From Acidimicrobiales bacterium (lineage in GTDB: Bacteria; Actinomycetota; Acidimicrobiia; Acidimicrobiales; CAIXPF01), in assembly GCA_041394365.1 (NCBI GenBank), contig JAWKIM010000006.1:470590-534589 (forward strand): a stretch of 64,000 nucleotides of DNA. The letters run 5' to 3'. Shown piece by piece: positions 21,172 to 30,714 of the stretch. A model generated the notes under the pieces. That model saw only the letters and a program-made list of their open reading frames with translations. It was not told where the DNA came from and ran no database searches. Made by a program: the position numbers and the translations under genes. Every line of letters begins with the position of its first letter. The first letter of the stretch is position 1.

Positions 21172-22107
21172 TCAGGCGGGCCGCAGGTCGATGCCGGTCA
21201 ACGCCCGGTAGCGCTCGAGGAACTCCGCAGTGGGCGCCGACCACAGCTCCTGCCAGGCGTCGTCGCCCAGCCGTTCCCGCAGCTCGATCATGGCCCGGCA
21301 GCCCTGGCCCACCGGACGTTGGCGCGCGCCGGGCGCGCCGCCGGTCACCGCCTCGCGCACCGCGGCGGCCACCTCGTCGGCGATCAACGACGGGTCCGAC
21401 GCCCGGGCGTGGTCGTAGCCGAGGGCGAAGCCCCAGTTCTTGGCGCTCTCCGGGTAGGGCGAGGTGCGCGGCGGCGGGGTGGTCTTCTGCTGGATCGGGG
21501 TGCGCACGGCACCCGGTTCGATGAGCACCACCCGCACGCCGAAGGGCCGGGCTTCCATGGCGAGCGCCTCGCTGGCCGCCTCGAGCGCGTACTTGGAGGC
21601 GCTGTAGGGCCCGAACATGGGCACGACCACCCGGCCGGCGATCGAGCTGATGTTGACGATGGTGCCGTGGCCCTGGGCGCGGAAGCGGGCCATCGCCGCC
21701 TGCATGCAGCGCACCGCGCCGAACAGGTTCGTCTCGAACAACGCCTTCCAACGGTCGATGCCGAACTCCTCGACCGAGCCCACCGGGCTGGTCCCGGCGT
21801 TGTTGACCAGCGCGTCGATCCGCTCGATGCCGTCGAAGGCGGCAGCCACCGAGGCGTCGTCGTCCACATCGAGCGCCACGATGCGCAGCGCCCTCGTCGA
21901 TCGAGCCGATCGTGCGGGACGCGGCCAGCAGGCCGGCGCCGTCGCGCTGCGGGTTGCGCATCCCCGCCACCACGTGCAGGCCGTCTTCGAGCAGGCGCAG
22001 CACGGTGGCGAAGCCGATCCGCTGGAGGTCCCGGTGACGAGCGCGGTGGCGGGTCGATCGGCGGCGGTGGGTGCTTCGGGCATGCGCGCATCCTCGCAGG
22101 AAGTCAT
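21172..22107 (-). CDS. SDR-family oxidoreductase; two frameshifts in the N-terminal region (about 21900 and about 21990).
   Basis: The cofactor motif TALVTGTSSGIG… is recovered across frames, and the catalytic YxxxK (YSASKYA) is present. Confidence 0.75.
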   Translation of the reverse strand: MTSCEDARMPEAPTAADRPATALVTGTSSGSASPPCCACSKTACTWWRGCATRSATAPACWPRPARSARSTRALRIVALDVDDDASVAAAFDGIERIDALVNNAGTSPVGSVEEFGIDRWKALFETNLFGAVRCMQAAMARFRAQGHGTIVNISSIAGRVVVPMFGPYSASKYALEAASEALAMEARPFGVRVVLIEPGAVRTPIQQKTTPPPRTSPYPESAKNWGFALGYDHARASDPSLIADEVAAAVREAVTGGAPGARQRPVGQGCRAMIELRERLGDDAWQELWSAPTAEFLERYRALTGIDLRPA

Positions 22108-22138
22108 CGCCGACGCTGTCGGCCCGGGCTGCGGCGGC

Positions 22139-23380
22139 TCAGCGGGCGGGTTGGCGGGCGCGGCGGTTGGTCAGGTTGCGCAGCGCCGGGCTGTCGGCGA
22201 AGCGCATGGCGATCGAGCCGGCCACCGCCAGCAGCATCACGTAGGTCACCGCCATCGGGCCGAGCTTCGGTTCGAGCTCGGCCGCCACGGCCAGCCCGGC
22301 GATCACCACCGAGAACTCGCCCCTGGCCACCAGTGACAGACCGGCTCGGCGCCGGCCGTGGATGGCGATGCCGTCGCGCCGGGCGGCCCACCAGCCGGTG
22401 GCGGTCTTGGTGGCGAACCCGACGACGGCCAGCACGGCGGCGGGCACCAGCACGGGGGTGAGCGTCCTGGGGTCCACCTGCAGCCCGAAGAACACGAAGA
22501 ACAGCCCGCTGAAGAGATCCCGGATGGGCTGCAGCAGCTCGCGACCGCGGTCGGCGACCTGATCGGACAGGGCGACACCCACCAGGAACGCGGCCACCGC
22601 GGCGGAGACCTGGACGCGCTCGGCCAGCCCGCCGATCAGCAGGGCGAGGCCGAGGATGCCGAGCAGCAGCAGCTCGGGGGAGCCGGTGTCGAGCAACCGG
22701 TTCACGTGACGGCCGTAGCGGGTGGCCACCAGCAGGGCGGCCACCACGGCGGCCACGGCGGTGGCGATGGCCACGGCCGCGTCCGCAGGCGCGGCCCCCA
22801 CCAGCAGCACGCCCAGCAGCGGCAGGTACACGGCCATGGCCAGATCCTCGAGCACGAGGACGGTGAGCACCGTGGGGGTCTCGCGGTTGCCGATGCGGTC
22901 GAGCTCGAGCAGCTGGCGGGCGATGATGCCGGAGGACGAGATGTAGGTGACCCCGGCCAGCACCGCGGCCGCCACCGGCCCCCAGCCCAACAGCAGGCCG
23001 GCGAGGAAGCCGGGGGCGCCGTTGGCGACGAGGTCCACGATGCCCGCCGGCCAGCCGGTGCGCAGGCCGTGGTGCAGCTCGGCCGGGGTGTACTCGAGGC
23101 CCAGCAGCAACAGCAGCAGCACGACACCGATGTCGGCGGCGATGCGGATGAACTCGCTGCTGGCGTCGAGGGGGATGGCGCTGCCCTCGCCCATGAGCAG
23201 CCCGGCCACGAGGTAGAGGGGGATGGTGGGCAGGCTGAGCGCCCGGGCCGTGCGCCCGAGCACGGCCAGCACGACGAGCACGCCGCCCAGCTCGAGCAGG
23301 GCGGCGCCGGTGGTGGACGCGGCGAGCAACGCCGCCGGCGGGCTCACGTGGCGGCGGTGGCCCGTGGCGGCCGGCCGAGC
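22139..23380 (-). CDS. Cation:proton antiporter (CPA2/Kef-type) membrane subunit.
   Basis: Polytopic membrane ORF (…LGLEYTP…, many TM helices). The likely GTG start is near 23340; the annotated 480-aa ORF over-extends. Confidence 0.8.
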   Translation of the reverse strand, partial: ARPAATGHRRHVSPPAALLAASTTGAALLELGGVLVVLAVLGRTARALSLPTIPLYLVAGLLMGEGSAIPLDASSEFIRIAADIGVVLLLLLLGLEYTPAELHHGLRTGWPAGIVDLVANGAPGFLAGLLLGWGPVAAAVLAGVTYISSSGIIARQLLELDRIGNRETPTVLTVLVLEDLAMAVYLPLLGVLLVGAAPADAAVAIATAVAAVVAALLVATRYGRHVNRLLDTGSPELLLLGILGLALLIGGLAERVQVSAAVAAFLVGVALSDQVADRGRELLQPIRDLFSGLFFVFFGLQVDPRTLTPVLVPAAVLAVVGFATKTATGWWAARRDGIAIHGRRRAGLSLVARGEFSVVIAGLAVAAELEPKLGPMAVTYVMLLAVAGSIAMRFADSPALRNLTNRRARQPAR

Positions 23381-23387
23381 GGCGCGC

Positions 23388-23868
23388 TCATCGGGTGAGC
23401 AGCTCGGCGGCGCGCTGCACGCTCGCCGCCGCGCCGACCACGAGCACCACGTCGTGGGCCTGCAGCTCGAACTCCGGCCCGGGCCCGGGGATGGACTGTC
23501 CCTCCCGGAGCACGGCCACCACCGAGGCCCCGGTGTCGGTGCGTATGCGGCCGTCGCCGATCGAACGACCGGTGAGGCCACCGTGGTCGGGCATGGTCAA
23601 CCACTCGATGGCGAGGCCCTCCACCTCGTGGCGGAGATCGCTGAGCCGTTCGGTGAGCTTGGTGCCGCCCAGCAACTCCACCACCACGGCCGCCTCCTCG
23701 CCGTTGAGCTCGACGCTCGCCCGGCAGGCGTCGGGGTCTTCGCGGTCGTAGACCACCAGGTCCCGCCGACGGTCGCGGCGGGCGACGATGGCCAGGTGTT
23801 CGCCCGCCTCGGTGGTGAACTCGTAGCGCGAGCCAACGCCCGGCAGCGGTGTCTCGAAGACCTCCATG
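23388..23868 (-). CDS. TrkA-C-domain antiporter regulatory subunit (KhtT-like).
   Basis: The protein MEVFETPLPGVGSRYEFTTEAGEHLAIV… sits immediately upstream of the antiporter gene, the classic khtT–khtU arrangement. Confidence 0.75.
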
Positions 23869-23983
23869 CCTGCACCTTTCCGTCGTGTCGGGATCCGGAC
23901 TCTGCCACAGCGGGTGGGTGCGGAGGGTCGAGGCCGGTGCGGCTTCGACGGACGCGCTCGCGACGGTTCCGCGGGTGGCTCCC

Positions 23984-24364
23984 TCACCGTCGCCGGGCGG
24001 CTCGGGTGCCGAGCACGCCACCGATGGTCACGCACCCGAGCACGGCCCCGGCGGCCACCAGCGAGGCGGTGGCCGTCACGTCCTCGTCGGGGCGTAGCGC
24101 CAGCATGGCGAGCCCGGCCAGCGCGGCTATCCCGCCACCGGCGGCGATCAGCGGCCCGCCCGCCCGGTGCGCTGCATACCAGGCGGTATCGTCACGCATG
24201 GTCGAGGGGAGCCTGATGCCGGCCCAGTGCTGGCGGGGCAGCCGGCCCTTGGCGCCGGCGAGGCCGATGGCGGCGACGACCGATCCCGAGACCAGCCACA
24301 GCAACCCCATCGCCCATGCCACCTGCGGCAGGTTAGGGCCCGGTGTGGCTGCGGTGCCGGTCAC
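23984..24364 (-). CDS. Small membrane protein (SdpI/YhfL-like).
   Basis: 126-aa ORF with 3–4 TM segments and good GC3 bias. Confidence 0.45.
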   Translation of the reverse strand: MTGTAATPGPNLPQVAWAMGLLWLVSGSVVAAIGLAGAKGRLPRQHWAGIRLPSTMRDDTAWYAAHRAGGPLIAAGGGIAALAGLAMLALRPDEDVTATASLVAAGAVLGCVTIGGVLGTRAARRR

Positions 24365-24422
24365 CGGCCCGGCCCTCGCCGTACCGACCGGTACGGATCC
24401 GCGTCGGTGGCGCGGCGTCGGC

Positions 24423-24734
24423 TCAACCGGGTTGCTCGGGCGGCTCGCCGATGTTGCGCCGCAGGATCTCGATCAGCGCATCGGTCAAGGCTTCGTCGTG
24501 GATGGCGATGCGCTGTAGGAGCGACCACATAGCTACATGATGGGCCACGTTCGCCTCGCCCACCTCCTGCACCGCCGCCCGCAGGTGCTCGAGCTCCACT
24601 TCGCTGCCGACGGTCAGATCCGGCGTGAGGGAGGCGATGGCCGAGGAGAAGCGCCCAGCGGCAGCGGCCACGTCCACCCAGGCGTCGACGGCTTCGTCGA
24701 AACGTTGACGGAACGACGCCGAGGAGGTGGGCAC
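24423..24734 (-). CDS. Hypothetical protein (103 aa).
   Basis: Intact ORF with strong GC3 skew; I recognise no domain. Confidence 0.4.
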   Translation of the reverse strand: MPTSSASFRQRFDEAVDAWVDVAAAAGRFSSAIASLTPDLTVGSEVELEHLRAAVQEVGEANVAHHVAMWSLLQRIAIHDEALTDALIEILRRNIGEPPEQPG

Positions 24735-24943
24735 GCTCTGAGGGTAGTGCCGAACTGGAATCTTGAGAGACCCGCTCGGTTTTGCAACCCCGCCGTCTGG
24801 ACGTTTCGTCCAAAGGGCTCGTGGCGTTGGGACGTGCGACCCTTCCCGTCAGCCGATCGACCCCACGCGAATTGGCCGAAACGGCCGCCGGGAACGGGCG
24901 AAGTCCACTCGTGTTCGCTCGTCTGCGGAGCTAGACAGGGGCC

Positions 24944-25543
24944 GTGAACGCCTCGCCTGTCGCGCCGGGTGGTCGCAGGCACCTGCTGGGCATGGTCTGT
25001 TCTGCCCTGGGGGCGTGCGCGGCCACGACCGACGAAACCCTCGCCGTGTGCTGGTCGGTCGGGCAGGAACCGGCGGAGCGGCCGGTGGCCAGCCTCGTCG
25101 CCATGACGCCGTCCGAGGATCGCCCGGTTCTCGACGAGCTCGTGGGCCGCATGCAGACCGGGGCCGTGCACGTGCACCGAGCGGCGCCCTCGGGAGCCAC
25201 GTACTTCGCCTACGACGGCCGGTCCACCGACTTCGACCGCATCCTGTGGTACTGGCAGCCGGCGGCGGCGCGCGGCTCGCCGGCGAGCGCGCCGGGGGCC
25301 GTGGCCGCCGCGGCGGACAGCGAGCTGCTGGCATCGCTGACCGACCGCGAGCGCGCCGTGATCACCGCGATCCTGGCCGGCTCCAGGGTCAGCACCATCG
25401 CCCGGAGCCTCTTCCTCAGCCCCAGCACGGTCCGCAGCCACCTGAGCGCGGCGTTCAAGAAGCTCCAGGTCGGGTCGCAGGCGGAGTTGATCGAGCGATT
25501 CGGGGGCGCTGCTCGGTCGTTGGAGGGCCGAGCGAGCAGCTGA
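24944..25543 (+). CDS. LuxR-family transcriptional regulator (C-terminal HTH).
   Basis: The LuxR HTH is LTDRERAVITAILAGSRVSTIARSLFLSPSTVRSHLSAAFKKLQV. Confidence 0.75.
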   Translation: MNASPVAPGGRRHLLGMVCSALGACAATTDETLAVCWSVGQEPAERPVASLVAMTPSEDRPVLDELVGRMQTGAVHVHRAAPSGATYFAYDGRSTDFDRILWYWQPAAARGSPASAPGAVAAAADSELLASLTDRERAVITAILAGSRVSTIARSLFLSPSTVRSHLSAAFKKLQVGSQAELIERFGGAARSLEGRASS

Positions 25544-25852
25544 CCCGCGCAGGGCTCCGGAGGTGCCGCCAGCACGAGCGTACCCTTGGGTACGGTCGGG
25601 TCGACGGGCGCGAGCACACCGGCGGGTACGGCCCCGGCCACGGCGACCACCCGATCGCCGGCGACCACCGTCGGGCGCTGCCAAGCCGAGCCGGGGACGG
25701 CCATCCGGTCGCTCCGGGACGCCGGGGTACCGCGAGGTATGACGCAGCGGTACGGTTCCGGCGGCCGAGGATCTTGGCCGTTTCGTGGAAAGTTGCACGA
25801 TCGCGGGTCCCGGCCGTACCCGGTCGGCGCGGCGATGCCTACGCTCGGTCCG

Positions 25853-26089
25853 TGGAGCGGCTGTGTCGGCGTGACGATTGCGACGGGCGTTGTGGCGAGC
25901 GGACGATCGAGGCGTTCACCCACCAGGTGCGGGCGCGGGCGGAGCGTGCGCCGGGCGTCGAAGGGCTGGTGCCGCTGACCGCCACTTGCATCCGGTGCCT
26001 GCACATGTGGCCGCAGGTGGTGAGCCGGGAGGAGATCGACAGCGGTCGGGCACTCGATCGGCTGTGCGATCGCTGCGCTGCCGGCTGAC
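25853..26089 (+). CDS. Candidate small Cys-rich protein (about 78 aa, CxxxxCxxxC … CxxC … CxxC).
   Basis: GTG-start ORF with high GC3, between the two inverted LuxR-HTH copies. It has no recognisable family and is low confidence. Confidence 0.3.
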
Positions 26090-26113
26090 GGTGACGGGCG
26101 CTCGACGACGGGC

Positions 26114-26440
26114 TCAGGTCTCGGGCGGCGGGTCGAGCCGGTAGCGCTCGACGAGCTCCGCCTGGGAGCGCACACCGAGCTTCTTGAAGGCCGCGCTCAG
26201 GTGGCTGCGCACGGTGCTCTCGCTCAGAACAGGCTGCGGCTGATCGTCTTGACCCGCCAACCGGCGAGCACGGGCCCACGACCGATCGCTCGCGGTCCGA
26301 GGTGGGCGAGCCGGGCTGCGGCTTCGGGCGTCGGCGCAGCGATGGCCCGAGGGGTCCGCAGCGGGAGCCTCTGCGTCGCCGGCGGGCTCGGCGGGCGGAG
26401 GTTGCCAGTACCAGACGATCTTGTTGAGCTCGGTGCCCCC
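26114..26440 (-). pseudogene. Truncated, frameshifted paralogue of the LuxR regulator (inverted partial duplication).
   Basis: …KIVWYWQ… and LSESTVRSHLSAAFKKLGVRSQAELVERY are about 80% identical at the nucleotide level to 25242–25543 on the other strand. The middle segment (TSDRERSVVG…) is in another frame. Confidence 0.6.
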
Positions 26441-26449
26441 GGAGGATCG

Positions 26450-28010
26450 CTGAGGCCCGGGTGACACTGACGTCGAGCAGGTTTCGCACGGTCGCGTTCG
26501 TGGCGCGGCCGTGTTCGGCCACAGGTGCGACGACCTTGCGGTCGATGTCGTAACCAGTGCGTCGGTGATAGCGCACGGCGGAGCCGAGTTGGGGTGAGGA
26601 CGGCGCTGCGAAGCCGATAGTCGAGCTGCGCGCGGTTGGCGCTCTGGCGCGTCGGCTCGAGCAGGTCGAACGGGGCGGCCGCCATCCGTGCGAGGACCGC
26701 CTGTGCGTCGGCGACCGGTCGCTGTGCGATCGGCGAGGGCCACGGCGTCGATCGGTCGGCGTTGCCAAAGCTCGCGCAGCGAGCAGGACGTCGGTCACGT
26801 CGGTGGCCGTTCAGCCCGTAGTCCCGTTGGACCAGCGCATTCGCGACCGCCTCGCGGACCGCGAGCTCCGGGAAGTCCGCGACGGTGATCTGCTGTCCTG
26901 AGCTCGGATCCACCGAGCCAGCCGTCGCACACCCCTGGACCGGGGCCCGCGCCCTTCTCGGTGCATGCCGGTCCGCCGGACTCCCGGGCCCGAACGCTCC
27001 GGCCGGCAGGCACCTGGCACCGTGCGCCTGCTGGGGCCGGCGCTCGCAGCCGGCCGGCAATCTGGGCCGTCCTTCAGCGGCGATTCGACGTCGATTCGAC
27101 GGCATCGACCGGCCGAGTTCGGCCAGCCACCGGTGGTGGCCTCACCCTCCGGTCGGGCTGCTCAGCCTCACCGATGGTGGCCGGACTTCGTGTCTCACGA
27201 CCAATTCCGAATCGACGTCGAATCGAGCGCGAAGGAGCCCGCCCATACCCCTCGGCATGTCGCCCACCCAGCCGCCAGAGCACGCCGGCGGTGAGCTGGA
27301 TCGAGAAGTCCGGCTCGGCCGACGATCTGACCCGGTGGACGTACACGAGTCGTGCGTCGTCACCCTGCGAGTCGGTCAGCAACAGCGCGCCGGCCCGGCG
27401 GAGCCGACCCTGGTCATCGAGCAGCTTCAGATTGCGCAGGAGCTCCGCCCCCGGCAGATCGGCGATCTCTCGGCCGGCCTCGGGCATGGCGCGAAGCCGA
27501 CGGCGCACGATGTCGATGGCAGCTGCGGAGACGTCGTCGAAACCGAGGTCCGTTGGCTCGGCCGTGATGTCCAGCCCTTGCCGGCTGGTGTAGAGCCGGT
27601 GCACCTCGACGGGACTCAGCGCCTTGCAGCCGGTGCCCATCCGCATCGTCACCCGTCCGGCGACCGAATAGACCTGCTGCCCCCGCGGGACGTCGAAGAC
27701 CATCAGGCGGACGTCGGCTGCCTCCGGCGGTCGGTACTCGGCGATGTCCACGACCAGGTTCGGGTTCGTGCGCTCGCAGATGCCCTTTCGCACGTCCATC
27801 ACGGACGCTGTTACGCCCCTGAGCGCGCCGATGCCACCGGGACGATCGGCGACACCGACGATCAGGTGCCCGCCATCTGCGTTGGCGAAGCACATGGCCG
27901 CCTCAGCGAGATCGGTCAGGGTTGCCGAGGTCGCGGGCGGTCTGCTTGAAGTCGAGTGTGGCCGACTCGAGGCTGTGCGCCGGCGAGCCCGTCGCGACGG
28001 CGTGCACGGC
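26450..28010 (-). pseudogene. AlbA_2 / HATPase_c_4-type putative transcriptional regulator, interrupted by palindromic repeat copy 2 and by frameshifts.
   Basis: The N-terminus MEVSDHIKL…ESATLDFKQ…LTDLAEAAMCFANADGGHLIVGVAD is an AlbA_2 domain. Downstream pieces are QQITVADFPELAVREAVANALVQRDY (HATPase_c_4) and GRATNATVRNLLDVSVTRASAILRG (C-terminal wHTH), in different frames. The repeat arms are translated inside the 346-aa ORF. Confidence 0.55.
27075..27234. repeat. Palindromic MITE-like repeat, copy 2, inserted within the AlbA_2 regulator gene.
   Basis: Arms CGATTCGACGTCGATTCG (27081–27098) and CGAATCGACGTCGAATCG (27208–27225). Confidence 0.8.
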
Positions 28011-28413
28011 CAGCTTGATGTGGTCCGATACTTCCATCGAGTTTTCCTGCACCCTCCACTCCCCAGATGGCAGGAAAACTCGGAGAAACCCCCTGCCGGG
28101 GGCGGCCGCGCCACCCTCGGCGGACGACGCTCGGCGCGGGAGTCTCTGGCTTGTCCCTCACAGGCCTATCGGCTGAGAGGGCGGGAGTAACCCCGGGAGT
28201 AACGAAGGCCGTCAGCTGCGACAGATCGACGACGCCCTTCGACTCGCCCTGGAACTCGACTGAGCCTGCGGTGCACATCGCACTCGAAACCGCCACCTCT
28301 ACCCGGCGTGGCGGAGGCGAGCGTCGGCGGGCTCCGGGTGTACCTGCCGTCGAGCACGATCCCAATCAGGCCCGGGTGCAGAACCGCAAGCGGCGCAACA
28401 ACCCCGCGATATC

Positions 28414-28640
28414 ATGATCGTTGTGACTGATATCCTGATCCGGGACGTGCCCGATGACGTCGTCGCCGCGCTCGGCGCGAACGCCCAACGCGCCGGTTTG
28501 GCGCGGGCAGAGTACCTCCGGCGGGTGCTGGCCGAGCAGCAAGGACCTCGGTCACCCGCGACCAACTCGATCGTTTCGCCGAGCGCACCGCCGATCTGGG
28601 CGATCCCGAGGTCATGGCCGCCGCGTGGCGGTGACCGGTT
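28414..28640 (+). pseudogene. RHH (FitA/VapB-like) antitoxin, frameshifted.
   Basis: MIVVTDILIRDVPDDVVAALGANAQRAGLARAEYLRRVLAE is the ribbon-helix-helix antitoxin pattern; the C-terminal part is lost to a frame change. Confidence 0.5.
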
Positions 28641-29024
28641 GGCTGATCGACAAGTCGGCGCTCACCCGTCTTGCGATGGCGAGTGGATAGTGGCTGTCGC
28701 GCATCCAGCGGCCTGGTGAGGATCTCGACCGTGACGTTGCTCGAGATCGGCTTCGACCCGCAACGGCATCGATCACCGCGCCACGCTGGGCGAGCCGCCG
28801 GTGTCGTCGATGCCCGTCGAGCACCTGGACCCCGCGATCGAAGCCCGTGCGGTCGAGCTTCAGATGTTGCTCGCCGATCAAGGTCAGCACCGCGCCCCGT
28901 CGATCCCCGATCTGCTCATCGCCGCAACTGCGGAAGCGGCGCGCTCGTGGTGCTGCACGTCGACAAGGACTTCGACCTCATCGCAGCGATCACCAACCAA
29001 CCGATCGAACGGCTCGACGTCTGA
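28640..29024 (+). pseudogene. VapC-type PIN-domain toxin, at least three frameshifts.
   Basis: [37 protein letters not shown] and [23 protein letters not shown] are in three different frames. Confidence 0.55.
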
Positions 29025-29159
29025 ACTGGGCGGGCACGGCCGCTCGACCTGACGTCCGTCGGAGGTCGCGGGTGGGTCAGCGACGGCACGCTGGCGGCGC
29101 GGAAGTTCCCTTGGACCTGGCGTTCGATCCGATCACAGTGGATGCGGCCCAGATGGGTA

Positions 29160-29480
29160 GGGTGCCGTGCGGGCGGCCTGCGGCCCGGTAGCTACGGCCG
29201 TGGCGATGGTGGCCGACGGGATGACCACGGCCGAGATCCTGGCCGAGCACCCCCGACCTGGAGGCCGAGGACGTGGCGCAATGCCTTCGCTATGCGGCAC
29301 CCGCCGTGGAGCGTGAGCTGCCGCCACGGCTGCCCGGAGTTCCTGCTCGATCAGAACCTCTCGCCGCTCGTCTCCGGCGTGTTGCAGGCGGCCGGTCATG
29401 ACGGTCCACGTGCGTGACCTCGACCTCGCCGCCGAAGGGCGCTGCGTGACGATCCTCGACGGATCTTTCCGAAGCTGAGT
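29160..29480 (+). pseudogene. Remnant of a DUF433 / DUF5615 gene pair (frameshifted, 3'-truncated).
   Basis: GMTTAEILAEHPDLEAEDVAQCLRYAA (DUF433-like) followed by LPEFLLDQNLSPLVSGVLQAAGHD (DUF5615-like N-terminus). Compare the intact pair at 47234–47847. Confidence 0.4.
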
Positions 29481-29739
29481 GGAAGATTGTACTGAACGTT
29501 GTTAGCTCGGTTGTCGACCGATCGCCGAGGGCGACAGCAGCATCTGACGTGACCTATCCGTCTGGTTGGAATGAGCGTATGTCGGCTACTTTGATGGACT
29601 GCCAGGCGGGAAATTGGAGCGGTCACGACGGGCTCCTCCGAATTGAATCGAGCGGATGTCGAGGTACTTCGAGACGTGGACCCGAAAATCGGGGTGCGAA
29701 CGAAGTCGTTCCTCGTGAATGTTGAGTTGGAAGGTCAAC

Positions 29740-30420
29740 TGCGTGGATCAACCCAGTTGATTCCCCTGCTTCTTGAGGCTGTCGCCGAGGAAGGCGCCCA
29801 GCCAGCGGCTTGTGTCAAAGTTCTGCGGCCCCTCTGAGTAGGGCGGTCCGTGAGCGCCGGGTCGAGGAGGCGGCTGGAGAGCTTGGGCGGTGGTTTGGGG
29901 GCGGTCGCCGGTGGCGGCACGTAGCCGTCACCGGCGCGAAGTCGTTCCTCGAAGCTCGCGGTGCGTCGTCGGCGCAGTAGCTCGACCACGACGGGCGTGA
30001 GGTGGTGGCGGCCGATGGCGCCGTCGGTCTTCACGGGCCCAGCACCATGCCGACCCCGTCGGCGTAGGCGCAGCCCTGCCGCACCTCGGCCACGCCGCTA
30101 TCGAGATCGACGTCGCCCCACGCTAGGCCGAGAACCTCCGACACCCGCCAGCCCTGGATGAACAGCAACGCCACCGCCACGCCCAGCCGATCCGGCGCAG
30201 CGTCGGCCACCAGCGCCTTCGCCGGCCGATAGGGCCCGTCGACTCGTGCGCGGCGTGCGCGGTGTGCGCAGTGCGCGGCGGGCGGAGCTTTGACACCGGG
30301 TTGGCGGCGATCAGGCTCGAGGGCGACGGCCTCCTCGAACGACCCGTCCGCCGCAGGCGCCGCTGTCCTTCGCCGCCCGTACGATGGGCGCTCAGAGTAC
30401 TCCCAGCCGGGAGTAACCGG
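29740..30420 (-). pseudogene. Tyrosine recombinase/integrase fragment (frameshifted, catalytic C-terminal part missing).
   Basis: The minus-strand translation gives …IAANPVSKLRPP…RARVDGPYRPAKALVADAAPDRLGVAVALLFIQGWRVSEVLGLAWGDVDLDSG…VKTDGAIGRHHLTPVVVELLRRRR, the integrase SAM-like and early catalytic-domain pattern. There is an internal stop/frameshift near 30035, and the region 3' of about 29740 is low-GC non-coding. Confidence 0.55.
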
Positions 30421-30541
30421 GAGTAATGGCGGGAGGAACGCCCCCGGCGCCGTCGAACACGCCGCGACGCGAGCCGGACGTTTTCCTGGTCAGAGTGCTA
30501 CGGGCCGATACCAGGCAACACGGCCGGCACGCAAAAGCCCT

Positions 30542-30632
30542 GCTGGCGGAACGGGGGGGATTCGAACCCCCGGGGCCTTTCGGCCCGGCCGCTTTCAAGG
30601 CGGCTGCATTCGTCCGCTCTGCCACCGTTCCG
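30542..30632 (-). tRNA. tRNA-Ser (anticodon TGA) with a long variable arm. The 3' end lies adjacent to the integrase remnant.
   Basis: Manual fold: acceptor GGCGGAA/TTCCGCC, anticodon stem GCCGC/GCGGC with loop CTTGAAA, long extra arm, T-loop GGGGGTTCGAATCCCCC. One extra C in the T-stem/acceptor junction makes the exact ends uncertain. Confidence 0.7.
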
Positions 30633-30714
30633 CCGACCATTCTCGCGCGGCGGCCGCCCGGTGCGGCGTGACCTTTGGCGACGGTGTGACGGGACCCGCG
30701 GTCGAGCGGGCCCG

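Noticed and set aside
29480-29740. Low-GC 260-bp stretch between the DUF5615 fragment and the integrase fragment as a possible small RNA or the missing integrase catalytic domain.
   Set aside because: Minus-strand translations do not continue the integrase (no R…HxxR…Y pattern), and I see no convincing RNA structure. It is probably a deletion scar.
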